The notes under the pieces were generated by a model. That model was not told where the DNA came from. It did no database searches and saw nothing but the letters and a program-made list of their open reading frames with translations. From assembly GCF_009914755.1 (NCBI RefSeq), contig NC_060925.1: DNA of 64,000 nucleotides, one strand, 5' to 3'. Shown in pieces: positions 1-12,399 of the stretch. Source of the DNA: the human T2T-CHM13v2.0 reference genome, Homo sapiens. Position numbers and translations under genes: made by a program. The first letter of the stretch is position 1, and each line of letters opens with the position of its first letter.

Positions 1-2400
1 TCTGAATTCTAGTGGAATGGAGGCCTGTCTCAAGCTTTTTTTCTCCTCCATTGTAAGGGCCTCACCTTTGTCATTTTTACCTACAAATCCAAAAAGGGAT
101 AGTGCCAGGTTGGTGTGAGGTCTAAATAGAATTTTGTAGTAAAGGCCTGGACTAGAAGCTTCGCTTTAAAATAGTTTTCTTCTTCCTTTCCAGCATGTAT
201 TTCCTATTCTGTCTGGTTGGCTTGCTGCTTAAAAATCAGAATACAGAAGAGAAGACAGTCTTGTGGAGGGTCAAAGGAGCCACTGTTTGTAGTTATTTGG
301 GATCTTTGAGGAAACCCCTGCTAAAATAACTTGATTGTAAGTTATGGATTGCTTATTGCTAATTAACATTGACATGTAACTGTGTGCATGGAATGTGGCC
401 CAATTAAGTGGAATGGAGCTAGGGCAGAGCCTGGCTGCATTCCCAGTATGATGGAGAGAATGAAGAGTTTAGGAACTGAGTTTAGAAGTTTTGAGGATGA
501 AAATATTTTTAGTCTTAGGAAACCCAGCACTCAAAACCTTGTGAGAGGAACATATAAAAAAAAAAAGCAGCACGCAACAAAAGACCCAACATCCCACCAA
601 TCAGCAATTAGAAAATGGTCTAGAAATGGTTTTATTATTCACATATATGCCGGCTTCCTCTACCCCCTTTAGGAACTTTATTCCAGTGTTCATTTCTTTT
701 ACCACCTTCTCTATTTTCCTAACAATATAGGACTAGCCCTTCAATTTGCAAATGATTTAAAGTGTTCCATTTTCAAGGTACTGGGGATAAAAAGATGAAT
801 ACACCAATCTGCACCTTAAGGAATTTAATCTAGGCAGGTAAAAATACATGTAAACAAATTGAATTTTATACAGCATTTTAAGTATAGTAATATAAGTATG
901 CTCAAGGGATAGAGACAGCATTGATTAAGAAAACTGCTTAAACTCATGTGAAGTGGGTGAGGTGTTAAGAATGAGATCTTTAAATGCATTTAGGAAGAGA
1001 ACTGTCGAAGCACTAACCAGCTGACTGATTGCTGTATTATATTTGGCATGATTTTCTTTATTTATTAGAGGATGGAAAGGCTACTTTAGTCTAGATTTGT
1101 TCTATTCATTTCTTAGACATAGCCTTGTTAAGGAAAATATGGAATTAATGATAATGTTGTATTTATGTAACTTCAAAATGTTAACTAGAAGATAAGCTTT
1201 TAAAAAAGAATGCCGGGGATATAAAATAAGTCCTTTTTTGACACAATAAGTAAAAATGATAATCGACTTGGTTTTTTACATGGTTGGTCAGCTTCCATTC
1301 TTGTTTGTACATAAGTCTTCTCTTTTGATCTATAATCAGAATGTGTTTTTAAAATGTACCAATCTATGATACAATTTATTTTTAAAATGGACTTAAACCA
1401 GGTCTTCAGTGAGATGAATTTGTTCGTCTAAGCGACTTCGAACTCTAATTTTTATGTAGTACTTTGACTACATAAGCAGGGAGTTATCTGAGAGTGGTAT
1501 AATGAAACAAAAATGATTATTAGATTATCTTAAATCAAAACTATGTGTTAATTCATGTTGAAATTAGAAGAATTTGAAGCGAGTTCTTCTTTTTCCTTTT
1601 ATGCTGTAATGTCTTCAGTTTAAATTATGTTATTCAAAGGGTACTGGAGCTTTCATAAATTATTCATTTGCAAAGATTTAGCTATTTCAAGCCACTTCCC
1701 CCGAAACAGAAGGGGTTGAGCAAAATGGTTTCTTTTTGCCAAAGCATTCATAAATATCCCTTTGCCTTACTTCCGCAACTAATTTGGGTGTATGTTAGTT
1801 TAAGGGACACGTATTTCCCACTATCAGGTTTTCTCATTTAATAGTTCCCCTTTCTAAAACAATTTGGGAATGAGCTTTTTCTCATTCTGATTATCACACA
1901 AATTCAGAACTGAGAGAAGAATTAATAATATATATCTGGGGATTTCAGCAACTCTGGAATCTTTCTATGCAAGCTAGTCTTTTCCTTAACATTTGCCATG
2001 TCATGTGTTTCAGGAGAAGCAATAGCTGTTTTCTTTTTATGTCTGCCTCTATAGGTATCTATAGCAATATGACTATCCTCTGAGATATTCTTGTTCATGT
2101 ATTTTTGTTACTGTTAGGATGACTAGAAATCAATTACAACAATTTCTAAACTTTGTATTTCTAGGGAGATTTTCCTTAGTCTGGACCAAACCTTCCCATT
2201 ATTGGACACAGATGGTCAGCTAGTAATCAATCATCTATAATTATGCTTTGGAAAAACCTCATGAGCAAAGACCCTCGACTTGTAGTCAAAGCTACAATTT
2301 GTAAGTAATTATGCAAAATTTATATTCTGCAATCTCTTTGAAAGATTAACTCTGTGATTGAAAGATTGCTTCCCTTCCTGAGACAAGTATTATTTGGTAT

Positions 2401-2856
2401 TATTAAAAGAAAAACTTCAGACAAATTAAATTTAACAGAGTTTAATTGAGAGAAAGAAAAAAGAACCAATTTACCAATTGGGCAGCCCTCAGAATCAGAA
2501 CAGATTCAAAGACTCGGACTGCCACATGACTGGAGAGGATTTATGGACAGAAGAAGGAGAGTGGCATACAGGAAAGGAAAGTGGCATACAGGAAAGGAAG
2601 GTGAAGTACAGAAACAACTGGGTTGCTTACAGCTCAGTGTTTGCCTTGTTTGAACATGGTTTGGACAGTTAGCAGCCTATGAGCGGTTGAAGCTCAGCTG
2701 CTATGATTGGCTGAGACTCAGCTATTGTTACAGAGGTATACTCCTAAGTTAGGTTTTCAGTTTGCTTACCTACTAACTTAAGTTGCAGTTCCTACATAAG
2801 AACTCAAGTATGCTAGTACAGGGCTTTCTCACACCAGATTTTCCTTTGATTTAACC
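2401..2856 (-). mobile_element. MER57-type ERV1 solo LTR
   Basis: Begins tattaaaagaaaaacttcagacaaattaaatttaa and ends ...gatttaac, matching the reverse complement of the recalled MER57 consensus; contains a 20-bp tandem repeat gtggcatacaggaaaggaa(a/g) at 2561-2600. Confidence 0.75.
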
Positions 2857-3786
2857 ATACAAATGATATTATTTATTGCAATATTTTCAAGCCTTGTTGG
2901 GTTTCAAATTGTGAGTCATTTACCCTTTTCCTTTGCTTCCCCTTTCCGTGCTTCAAGTCCCCTAATTGCAGCTTCTGCCCTTGATTGACCTTGCGGTAAA
3001 TAAGAATTAGAGAGAGGTGGAGGTGAAGAATCAGACTGTGGGACATTTCTATAAGAATGGGTTGAGGAGAGCCAAACTGGAAAAAGTAGTAGGTTCCTAA
3101 AGCAATGGCAAACAAAGCCAGAGAGCAAAGTAAGGAAGAGTAAATGGGTGATAAATGGAAGCAACAAATGCAGAAAACTAATCTTGCAAGAAATATGGTA
3201 ATGAAGTTAAAGAGACCAAAGGGTAGTAGCTACGGAGTATATTAGAAAGAGGAAAGACTGTTTGAAGCTAGGACTTGAACATGTTTACCTAGAAGGAGAA
3301 GTGAGTGAAAATAGAGAGTTTGATGATACAAAAGAGAAAGCATCATTGTGAAAAAACTCTTGGAAGAGATACAAGAGGGGAGATCAAGAGCTCACATTAG
3401 CAAGGAAGCAGAACATCTTTTGAGAGACTACAATGAAGAAAGAAGTATGAAGATAGAGATTTTGGTGGCAATGGTGTTCAGTTGTTTGGTGAAACATCGG
3501 TCTAGATTTTGCTGTGAAGGTACTTTTAAAGATGAATCAACATTCAAAGTAGTAGACCCTGAGTAAAGCAGATGACTTAAGGTGAGTGGGCCTCATCCAA
3601 TCAGTTGATGGCTTTAAGAGCGTAGACCGAGGTCCCCGGAGAAAGAAGGAATAGAAGGAATTCTATTTCTAGACTGCCTTTGGGTTTCAGGCTGCAACAT
3701 CAGCTCTTCCCTGAGTCTCTGGCCTGCCCTGCAAATTTTGAACTTGCTAGCCCCACAATTGCTTTAGGCAATTCCTTAAAATAAAT

Positions 3787-3806
3787 CTCTCTCTCTCTCT
3801 CTCTAC

Positions 3807-3849
<43 letters not shown>

Positions 3850-3946
3850 CACATACACATACATACATACTTTATATATGCATATATATACACATACATA
3901 CTTTATATATACATATATATATGTATATACACACACACACGCACAC
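3787..3946. repeat. Compound (CT)n/(AT)n/(AC)n microsatellite inside the MLT2 LTR
   Basis: Directly visible dinucleotide runs. Confidence 0.95.
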
Positions 3947-4142
3947 ATACAAGAGGGGAGATCAAGAGCTCACATTAGCAAAAAAGCAGAACATCTTTTG
4001 AGAGACTACAATTAAGAAAGAAGTATGAAGATAGAGATTTTGATGGCTATGGTGTTCAGTTGTTTGGTGAAACACCAGTCTGGATTTTGCTGTGAAGGTA
4101 CTTTTAAAGATGAATCAACATTCAAAGTAGTAGACCCTGAGT
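3947..4142 (+). repeat. 196-bp direct copy of 3369-3564
   Basis: Ungapped alignment at offset 578, about 8 mismatches counted by eye. Confidence 0.95.
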
Positions 4143-5200
4143 CGACCCATATATACGTGTCCTATTGCTTCTGTTTCTGTGGGGAATCCTGACTAATGCA
4201 GAGGTTCAGGATGAAGTGGAAGGATTTTGAAGATGCTCAGGTTAGCCATATCAACCTTTTGGTTAAATGAGAGACTAACATATGTGATGAAAATGAGGAG
4301 TGGGCTTAAAAGTAGAGGTTTCCAAAGAACATTTAAGTGGGTACCTGAGACTGTGACTTCTTCCAGAAAAGGGAGTCTGTCTTATTCATTTTATATCCTA
4401 AAATCATAGTGCAATAGTTGGCATTTTGAAAGTGCTCAACAAATACTTGGTGTTTATCAAATAAGCTGAATGAGAGGCCTGTGAAGGGTCCAGTTAAGAC
4501 TAGATTCTATGAATTTATTATGGTGAACAAATTACCATGGCTCTGTAACATTTGTGAGAATACAAGTTCTGTGGAAGTAGGGACAGAAAGAATAGACCAT
4601 GGGAATCAGCACGGTGAGAACTATTGAGGGTCAGGAGGTTGAGAACAACCAGTGTGACAACCAATGAACTACGAACTAAGAAAGTAACTGTGATGCCCAG
4701 GCTGAGTTGAAAAGAAAAAGGAGCCGCACTGGGATTATTGGTCTGGGAGAACAGGAAGGAGCCAAGGGACAAAATGACTTAATGAAGACAGGGAGACTGT
4801 TTAATGGGAGACGTGGGGTAGAGAAATGGGAAGAAAGGACATGTCCATTGATTTCATAACCCTCAGGATTTTGGTGGCAGAATAGTTCTGAGTGGGAAAA
4901 GTGGCGGGTGGGGGGGAGAAATATTGTGATTATTTTCAGAATATATTATTTTTCTATTTATACATATCTTAATTCCTTAATATATAATCCCTTAAAATAT
5001 ATAATATATAATTTAAGAAGGTTGTAACAAAGAAAAAAAATACAGTCAGTTCCTGCATAGCATTTCCTACTTTAATTATGAAAAATTATGGAGAGCGGCA
5101 CATCTAGCACTGGCAAGCTAGTTTGTTAGGTTTTAGGTCTTTATATACTCTAAGCAGCTATTGAGTGTAAAGAGCACTGAAGGTAGAAATAGAAGATCTT

Positions 5201-5326
5201 GGGCTGAATACAGTGCCTCTTGCCTGTAATCCTAGCACTTTGGGAGGCTGAGGCAGGTAGATCACTTGAAGTCAGGAGTTTGAGACCAGCCTGGCCAACA
5301 TGGTGAAACCCCATCTCTACCCCCGA

Positions 5327-5361
<35 letters not shown>

Positions 5362-5523
5362 AGCCAGGCATGGTGATGGGCACCTGTAATCCCAGCTACT
5401 TGGGAGGCTGAGGCAGGAGAATTGCTTTAACCTGGGAGGCCGAGGTTGCAGTGAGCTGAATTGTACCACTGCACTCCAGCCTGGGCGAGACTCTGTCTCA
5501 AAAAACAAAAACAAAAACAAAAA
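5201..5523 (+). mobile_element. Alu (S/J type) with expanded central A32 tract, inserted in a MIR-like remnant
   Basis: Full dimer; A run 5328-5359; (AAAAAC)n tail. Confidence 0.95.
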
Positions 5524-6621
5524 CCTTGGTATAAGCCCAGTCATCTGCTAGATGAATGAACTTGGGCAATTTACATAATCTCATAAAGGTGTTAACTTAC
5601 GAAAGTTTGATGGTAATACCTTTTACTATTATTGTAAAGATTAAGTGAAATGTACAAAAGTTCTTTTCAACTTTAAAGTTTAAATGCTAAGTAGTATTTT
5701 ATAAATATTGATTAGATATGTTACTGTTCTTTGAGAGACATTCCACTTGAACAAGATATTTAAGGGTTCAATTTTAGTTATAAAATGGCATAATTAAAAT
5801 GTCTTTCAGTTTATTAGTTTAACATATTTAATAATTGATAATATTTGATAGAACATTATCTATTTAATCCAAAATACAGACTTAAATGCACGGTAGTGCA
5901 CCTTAAATGTTGTGACTTTCCTTGTTTACGAGGGGATAATTCTTATCATTTGTGTTGTTACCAATCCCCAAGGAGAGCAACAGCAGATTTTTGTGTGTGT
6001 GAACTTACTTTCAATACAATAAATTCCTAGATGTAGAAAAGTAATTATAAATTGTATATACTCTGAATACAACTAAAGTTAACCGAAAGGATTCATTTCA
6101 TATTAGAGTTTATGCTAAAAATAAAGAAAAAATACTATGCAATTACACAATCTATGTAATTATTTTCTCACTAAATGTTAATTTATTTTTCTACAATTAA
6201 TGCTTTAAGTCCTGAGATCCAAGCTCTTTACTGAATTCCTAGACTGGTGTTAAAATTCTACCCAGAATTTACACGTCTTAACTTGAGTGTTGAGTCCCTG
6301 TGTAATCAATACAATATTTGGTATGAAAATATTTGAACAGTTAATACCCATCATTTCCTGTACCTAAGGTGATATTTAATGGATTGTACAGTATGAGTCA
6401 TGATATTGTGCAACAAGAATCCTTTGGACTTTGGACTCTTATAGAGGAAGAAACTCTTTCCATCAACATGGCTTTAAATGACCCTGATGCTCTGGCCTCA
6501 TTATCACAGAAAGCAGAACTCATATCTTGGCAGGAAACAGGAAAGAGAATGAGAATGTAAGAACAGAACATTCACGTTAGAGAGAAAAAGAGAATTTGGG
6601 AAGCTTGAAGTCATTTCTGAG

Positions 6622-7045
6622 AGTATTAGTTAGGATATAAACTGGGCTGCTGCAACAAACCCCTGTCCCAAAAGAGGGGGGTTTAAATGAGATAGAATTT
6701 TATTTCTCACATAATAGAGAGCAAGGTAGGTGAGCAGTTCAGGGCAGGTGGCATGTCCTGCTCAGTGAGACCATCTAAGGATCCTGGATACTGGGACAGC
6801 TTTGCCATCATTAACATGTGACTTCTTTCTCTAGATGTCAAGCAGCTCCATTAGATGTCTCATTTCCCAGCCATCAGGAGGAGGAAAGAGGGAATGAAGA
6901 ACAAGCTTCTTCCTGTGGGTGTGACCCAGAGGTTGTTCGTGTCACTTCTATTCACATTTGCTTGTGTAGAACTTACACAATCATACTTAACTTCAAGAAA
7001 GATTGGGCAACATAGTTTATAGCGGGGAGGATTTATGCCCTGAAA
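6622..7045 (-). mobile_element. Old MaLR LTR (MLT1J/K/L-like)
   Basis: gtattagttaggatat...ggctgctgcaacaaac...ttttatttctcacat start, with gtcacttct..tcacatt motifs; degenerate. Confidence 0.45.
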
Positions 7046-7089
7046 TTGATGGTGTCATCTTTTCATCTTCCCTCTCTCACCATTAGCAT

Positions 7090-7850
7090 GTAATCTGTAA
7101 CTGAATTTGAACAATCCAACTTCCAAATGATTTCCATTTTTCTCCATATTCCTAACAACACTTTAGTCTAAAGCGTCCTCATCCTTGCCTAGTTTACTAC
7201 AATAACCTAATTGGTCAGCGTGCTTCCATTCTTGCCCCACCAAGTCATTTCTGACACCGTGGCCGCTAATTCTTAAGAATAGAAACCAAATCATCACTCT
7301 TCTTTAAGGCCTTTAGTGTCTATTTCCATAGAATAAAATCCATACCCTGCACCATGAGCCGTAAGACCTGGCAATGACCTGGCTCTAGTGTACCCAGTGC
7401 TATCCTTGCACCATGCTTTCCACCAGTCACTATGTTCTGGCTTCTCTGGCCTCCACCTTTTTCTAGAACACATTGATCCTTTCCCCACCTCAGGCCCTTA
7501 TCCCTGCTATTCTTCATCCTGTAAAACTTTTGCTGGGATCTCCGCGTGGCTGGCTCGCCCTCATCTCTTGGCACTCAGCACAAATGTCATCTATTTTGAG
7601 AATCTTTCCTGACTGCCCTTTGTAAAGCAGCATGTCTTGTTCCCAGTGACTCTTTATTGCATTACTTTATTTATTTTCTTCATAGCATTTATTAAATTAT
7701 ATAATAATCCTGTTTATTTGATTATTTAATTTTCTCCTTTCATTAGAAAATAATCCTTAGGAGGGCAGTTTCTTTGGCTTATCCTGATTCTCAGACTCTG
7801 GCACATAAAAGGAACTCAACAGATTGCTATTGAATGAGTGATTAAATGAG
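7090..7850 (+). mobile_element. L2 LINE 3' fragment
   Basis: cccacctcaggccctt, ctcagcacaaatgtcatc, ttcttcatagcatttat and terminal ctggcacata...ctcaac...tgaatgagtga, all typical of the L2a 3' end. Confidence 0.75.
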
Positions 7851-7986
7851 TTAGGTACACTTTATATATTTCTTACAATAAGAATCTGGTGCCCACTGTG
7901 GGAAAACCAGGTAAAAGGAACCTTACACAGATTTGCCTCCACTAGCTTTACTTCTGGCTTGGGTGTACTGCATGTTACACCTAAGC
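7851..7986 (+). repeat. Copy 1 of a diverged ~135-bp local repeat (copy 2 at 9424-9561)
   Basis: Shared blocks tttcttacaa(a)taagaatc.ggtg, gtgggaaaaccaggtaaaa.gaacctt, ctttA.ttctg.cttgggtgtac and atgttacacct. Confidence 0.85.
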
Positions 7987-8034
7987 CATGAATTTATCAA
8001 CCTCGGATGGTGTTTGAAGTTTTAGTCATTCTCT

Positions 8035-8432
8035 GCAGTAGGTTGAATGGTGGTCCCTAAAAGTTGTGTTCATGTCCTAATACCCAGACCTTGTGAATGT
8101 TACTTTATTTGGAAGGAAAAAGTCTTTGCAGATGTAATTAAGAATCTTGAGATCATCCTGATTAACTGCATGGGTCCTAATCCAATGACAAATGTCCCTG
8201 TAAAGGCAGAGGGAGATTTGAGCCTTAGAGGAGAATGTCATGTGAGGACAGAGGCAGAGATCAGGGTTTTATAGTCACATCCCAGGAATGCCTGAACCAC
8301 CAGAAGCTGGAAGAAGCAAGAAAGGATTCTCCCTTAGCGCCTTCGGAGTGAGCATAGCCCTGCTGATGGCTTCATTTCAGACTTCCGGCTTCCTAAACTT
8401 TGAGAGAATAAATTTCTATTGTTTCAAGCACC
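8035..8432 (+). mobile_element. MLT1B/C-type MaLR LTR
   Basis: tgcagtaggttgaatggtggtccc...gtctttgcagatgtaattaag...gagagaataaatttctattgtttcaagc. Confidence 0.85.
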
Positions 8433-8439
8433 TGAATCA

Positions 8440-8570
8440 TCTTTAATATAAATAAGTCCCAAATATTACAGGGACTATACTAATACTAGCAAATAATTTG
8501 TCGTTTACCCGAGATTCTAATTTAACTGGACATTCTGCATTCTTACTTAGTAAATCTGACAATCTTACTA
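8440..8570. mobile_element. MER53-like hAT MITE, partial
   Basis: gtcccaaatattacagggac...gtcgtttacccgagattctaatttaactggacattctgcatt matches the recalled MER53 palindrome centre and one arm. Confidence 0.6.
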
Positions 8571-9284
8571 TAATCCTAGGAGTATATGAAAATGAAGAAT
8601 TGACTGGGAATGATGTAGCGATTCTGCCAAGTAAGAACTGGCATCAAATAAAAAAAACAATATAAGTTGAAGTAAGTGAAATTGGTATCACAGAAATTAT
8701 AAATATGCTATAAAGTTCTAAAATTTTGCCCAGAGAAGTAACTAAACAAAATGCCTAGAATTATAATGGATTTTAACATTTTAAATCTGATGTAAATCTT
8801 AGAAAATTTGTTTCATGTGACTGTAAAACACAAGAACTAAAGTCCATCTGATCTTGACTTAATTTTTAGAAATCTCTAGAGAATTAAGATCAAATTTGGG
8901 ACTGCATCATATTTCTATTACCAGCAGTTTATTAGATTCAGCTTGAAAAGAGGTAAATTAAAACACGGGAGTTAAAAAAAAATTAGACTGTAAACAGCTT
9001 TTGATGAGGCACTTTAAAAGACGATCTTCCCCAAGAGCCTGCAGGTGTTTCTAGAAATGAGCAAGGAAACTCTAGAAACCCATTTTTCCTTCATATGCCT
9101 CAGGAGCAACTAAGACCACCCATGAGGCAAGATTCTGTTTTCCCGTTTAAATTTTGCATTCTTAATGTTTATAATCACTATCTTTTTTCCCCTTGTGAGG
9201 AAATATCATGCAGGCTATTAAATAAGTAATTAAATCCATTTTAGGATGAGTTGAACAAGCAAATAGGGTGCGGAAAGGAAGGAG

Positions 9285-9306
9285 GGGAGACAGAGAGGGG
9301 GAGAGA

Positions 9307-9343
<37 letters not shown>

Positions 9344-9370
9344 AAAGAGAGACAGAGAGAGAGAAACAGA
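9285..9370. repeat. (GA)n-rich microsatellite
   Basis: Directly visible. Confidence 0.95.
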
Positions 9371-9423
9371 GCAACAACTCGCCCCCAAAATCTGTATGTT
9401 TTCTTAATGAAAGCCTAAGTAAA

Positions 9424-9561
9424 TTGGGTAGATTTCATGTTTCTTACAAATAAGAATCAGGTGTCCGTGGTGGGAAAACCAGGTAAAAAGAACCTTCTGC
9501 AGAGAGTTTCCTCTCTTGGCTTTATTTCTGACTTGGGTGTACGGAATGTTACACCTGAGGC
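9424..9561 (+). repeat. Copy 2 of the diverged local repeat (copy 1 at 7851-7986)
   Basis: Same conserved blocks as 7851-7986. Confidence 0.85.
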
Positions 9562-10224
9562 AAAAACAACCTCCCTTCCTCCCTTGCAATTGAAGAATTT
9601 AGATTCTGTAGGAAGGAAAGAGCAATAGAGACAAGAGAAATAAAGAGGGAGCTCTGAGTGTGATTTGGAGGTGGAATGCATGTGAGGTGCATGGGCAGCT
9701 GGGGGCAGTGAAGAGGGCAGAGACTTTTTAAAGAGGCTGTCACAGGAGAAAAACAGAGAATTTGAAAATGACTTCCCACCAACGACAGAGCAATAGAAGT
9801 CGTTGATCAGTCCGTAAGGAAGTTTCTGGAGGATCTGATATTTATTCATTAACTTATTCCTCAATTATGAATTAACTACTTAGTATGTGTCATTAATTGC
9901 GCTAGATGCCAGGGTTTCTCCAAAGAAACAGTTTGTCCTTATTTGAGAGAGTGCAGTATATAGAGAAGAGAAAGATGTTAAAAAGGAAGTACAATAAAGA
10001 CTAAGTGCTATGACGACAGAAATGTATATAGTGTATAGGAAACATACAGAAGGGAGGGAGGGAGTGAAGTGGAAGTGGGTATCAAAATCTTTACAGAGTT
10101 GGTGCCTAGGTTAAACTTTGATGATTTATTAGATTAGGGAAAGCTGTTCTCTGAGGTTAGGCACGGGTTTTAAAGGAGCTAGTGAAGATTCTGAAATTAT
10201 TCAATAAAATAATCATATTTATGA

Positions 10225-10435
10225 ATAGCCACCCTTTATCAAGTGCCTTCTACATGCCACGAATTGTGTATACATTACATTAAGTCTTCACAATAACCTT
10301 ATGAGTAAGGGAGTCTTATCCATGTTTTACAGATGTGGATACTTATGGTAATGGGTATGAAGAATTATATAGGTTAACACAGAGACCGAGCTCAAAAACA
10401 AACTCTTGAGTGCCATGTTTTCCATTTTGCCTTGC
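10225..10435 (-). mobile_element. MIR SINE fragment
   Basis: tcttcacaataaccttatgagta...atccatgttttacagatgtggatact is the reverse-strand MIR core. Confidence 0.7.
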
Positions 10436-10865
10436 TGTCTGAGTATTAGAAAGTACATATATTAATAATTGTTCTGAAGTGTGTCCTACTTAAAGTATTG
10501 AGGATTTGATAGTTAAATTTCAGTTGTTTCAATGGAGAGAAACATATTTCCTGATAAAAGCAAAAGTTGATAGTCTCTGCTTTTAGTGGCTGTGCTCTAC
10601 ACCAGAGCCACATACTCTGTGTAACATTCAAGGCCAGCTTTCACTGAAAATCTCTTAATTGAAATACAGTTATCAGAGAATGCAGTGCTTCGACTTAGCA
10701 TGCAAACCAACAACATTATGTTTAGAACCCACTGGTGTAAACTGATTTGGTATTTAGGTGTCCTTTTACAACATCTGCCTTATGTCTTTAGGAGATGGCT
10801 TCTATGGGTGTCTTTTACAGAGAATGACCATGCGTCAGTCGGGGCAGCTGCTCTAAAATGTGCTT

Positions 10866-11026
10866 TAGTGGAGTGCTCCTTAAACTTTAATGTGCTTTTT
10901 GGTCCCCTGGGGGCCTTCTGAATCTGTGGGTCTGAGGTGGGGGCTGACATTCTGCTTTTCTCAATATGGAAGCTCCCATGTGGTGCTGGCGCTGCTGACC
11001 CACTGACCGCATTTTGAATAGCAAGG
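10866..11026. mobile_element. MER5A-type hAT MITE
   Basis: aatctgtgggtctgaggtggggg...attctgcttttct...gctgctgacccactgaccgcattttgaatagcaagg. Confidence 0.7.
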
Positions 11027-11499
11027 GTTTAGAATAAATGAAGGCGGTCTGCCTTGATTCCACAGTGCCATAAGATGTAAACAATTTATTAGAAAATAAT
11101 CACTGGGTGCCTGCATTGTGCATGTACTGTGCAAAACACAAGATATGTTTATGAAAAAGTACAATCTCTGCCTTTTAGACACTTGGATTCTTGATGCGCA
11201 GCCCTGAAATGTGGGGTGGGGTAGGGAGGGGAAAATTATTATTTTTGTTTGCATTGTGTCACAAGTTATAATGAGTACCTTTGTTTGTAACTTAAGATTT
11301 TAAAAAGTGACTTTTAAGAGTATCTTACATTGTAGTAGGGAAGAGAAACAACATGCAACATGTTAAGGCAATATTAAGTGTTACTTTGAGAGCAGGGTGG
11401 GGAAATCTCACTCCAGGACTTTTAATTTTATTCTAAAACAAATGAGGATCCAGTCAAAGTTATTTTTGGAGTTAATGGGGGACATGATTACAATCTAAA

Positions 11500-11672
11500 T
11501 AATAGTTTAGATTTTAAGTGTTTTCAGCACAAAAAATAAGTATGTGAGGCAATGCATACGTTAATTAGCTCCATCTAGCCATTCCATAATGTATGCATAT
11601 TTCAAAAACACCGTGTTTTACATGATAAATATGCACAGTTTTTGGTCAATTAAAAATAAATAAAAATAAAAT
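11500..11672 (+). mobile_element. L1MA 3' end fragment
   Basis: gattttaagtgttttcagcacaaaaaataagtatgtgagg...ttaattagct...gccattccataatgtat followed by an A-rich tail. Confidence 0.8.
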
Positions 11673-11779
11673 GATAATTTAGGTTTCAGATTGATATGCA
11701 AGGTCTTCAAATCAGGTGAAGGAAGGTGATCTTCCTTCCTGGAGGCAGGAAGAACAGTTTATTACTATAAATGTGGGAA

Positions 11780-12105
11780 GTAGAGACTGAAAAAAGAGGG
11801 TAGATTTGAGAAGACAGAATTTGCTAGTAGTAGTTTCTATATAGGGAATGAAGAAAAGAGACACGTCCAGATGACTCCCAGTTTTTTGGTTTGGGCAGTT
11901 GAATGGATGTTGATCCCATTTATTGAACAGAGAGCATAAAAGGAGGAGACTTTGTAGAGTGAAGTGGGAATGGCCCTTCGAAGTTAAAATGTCCATTGGA
12001 TTATTGGGGATAGAGTTGTAGGATTTAGGACAGGTGCCTGGGCTGGAAATAATAGACTTGGATGATGACTGAAGCTCTGACACTAGTTAAGATCATCCAG
12101 GGAAA
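11780..12105 (-). mobile_element. L2 fragment
   Basis: gatgactcccagttttttggtttgggcagttgaatggatg...gggctggaaataatagacttgg. Confidence 0.55.
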
Positions 12106-12399
12106 ACATCTATTGTTGAGGCTTTTAAGCTAGATTCCCGGAGAGTACACATATGGGTTTCAGTGAGTACTGCACCTTTACAGTTTGTATGAAAATTTTA
12201 ACATAACATTTACAGCTTGTATGAAAATTTTAAGTTTCATATTCATTTTTTTTTCTGGAAATAATGGTTCAAAGGTTTCATGACTCTCAAAGGGGTCTTT
12301 TGCCCTGAGAAGTTTAAGAGCCACTAGAATAGAATGCGAAAAGAGATGAGTACTGGACCTGAGACACCAATAGGAAGGTGTCTTAAAAAAGAAGAATCA

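Larger units (their letters stand above)
3462..4200 (+). mobile_element. MLT2C-type ERVL solo LTR interrupted by a microsatellite and a 196-bp local duplication
   Basis: Motifs atggtgttcagttgtttggtgaaac, gagtaaagcagat, gggcctcatccaatcagttga, caattccttaaaataaatctctc and end cctattgcttctgtttctgtggggaatcctgactaatgca are typical of MLT2. Confidence 0.8.

Noticed and set aside
382-672. 96-aa ORF and the many other 60-135 aa ORFs in unique sequence
   Set aside because: Non-ATG starts, low-complexity composition, no recognisable domains or exon structure; expected by chance in 64 kb.
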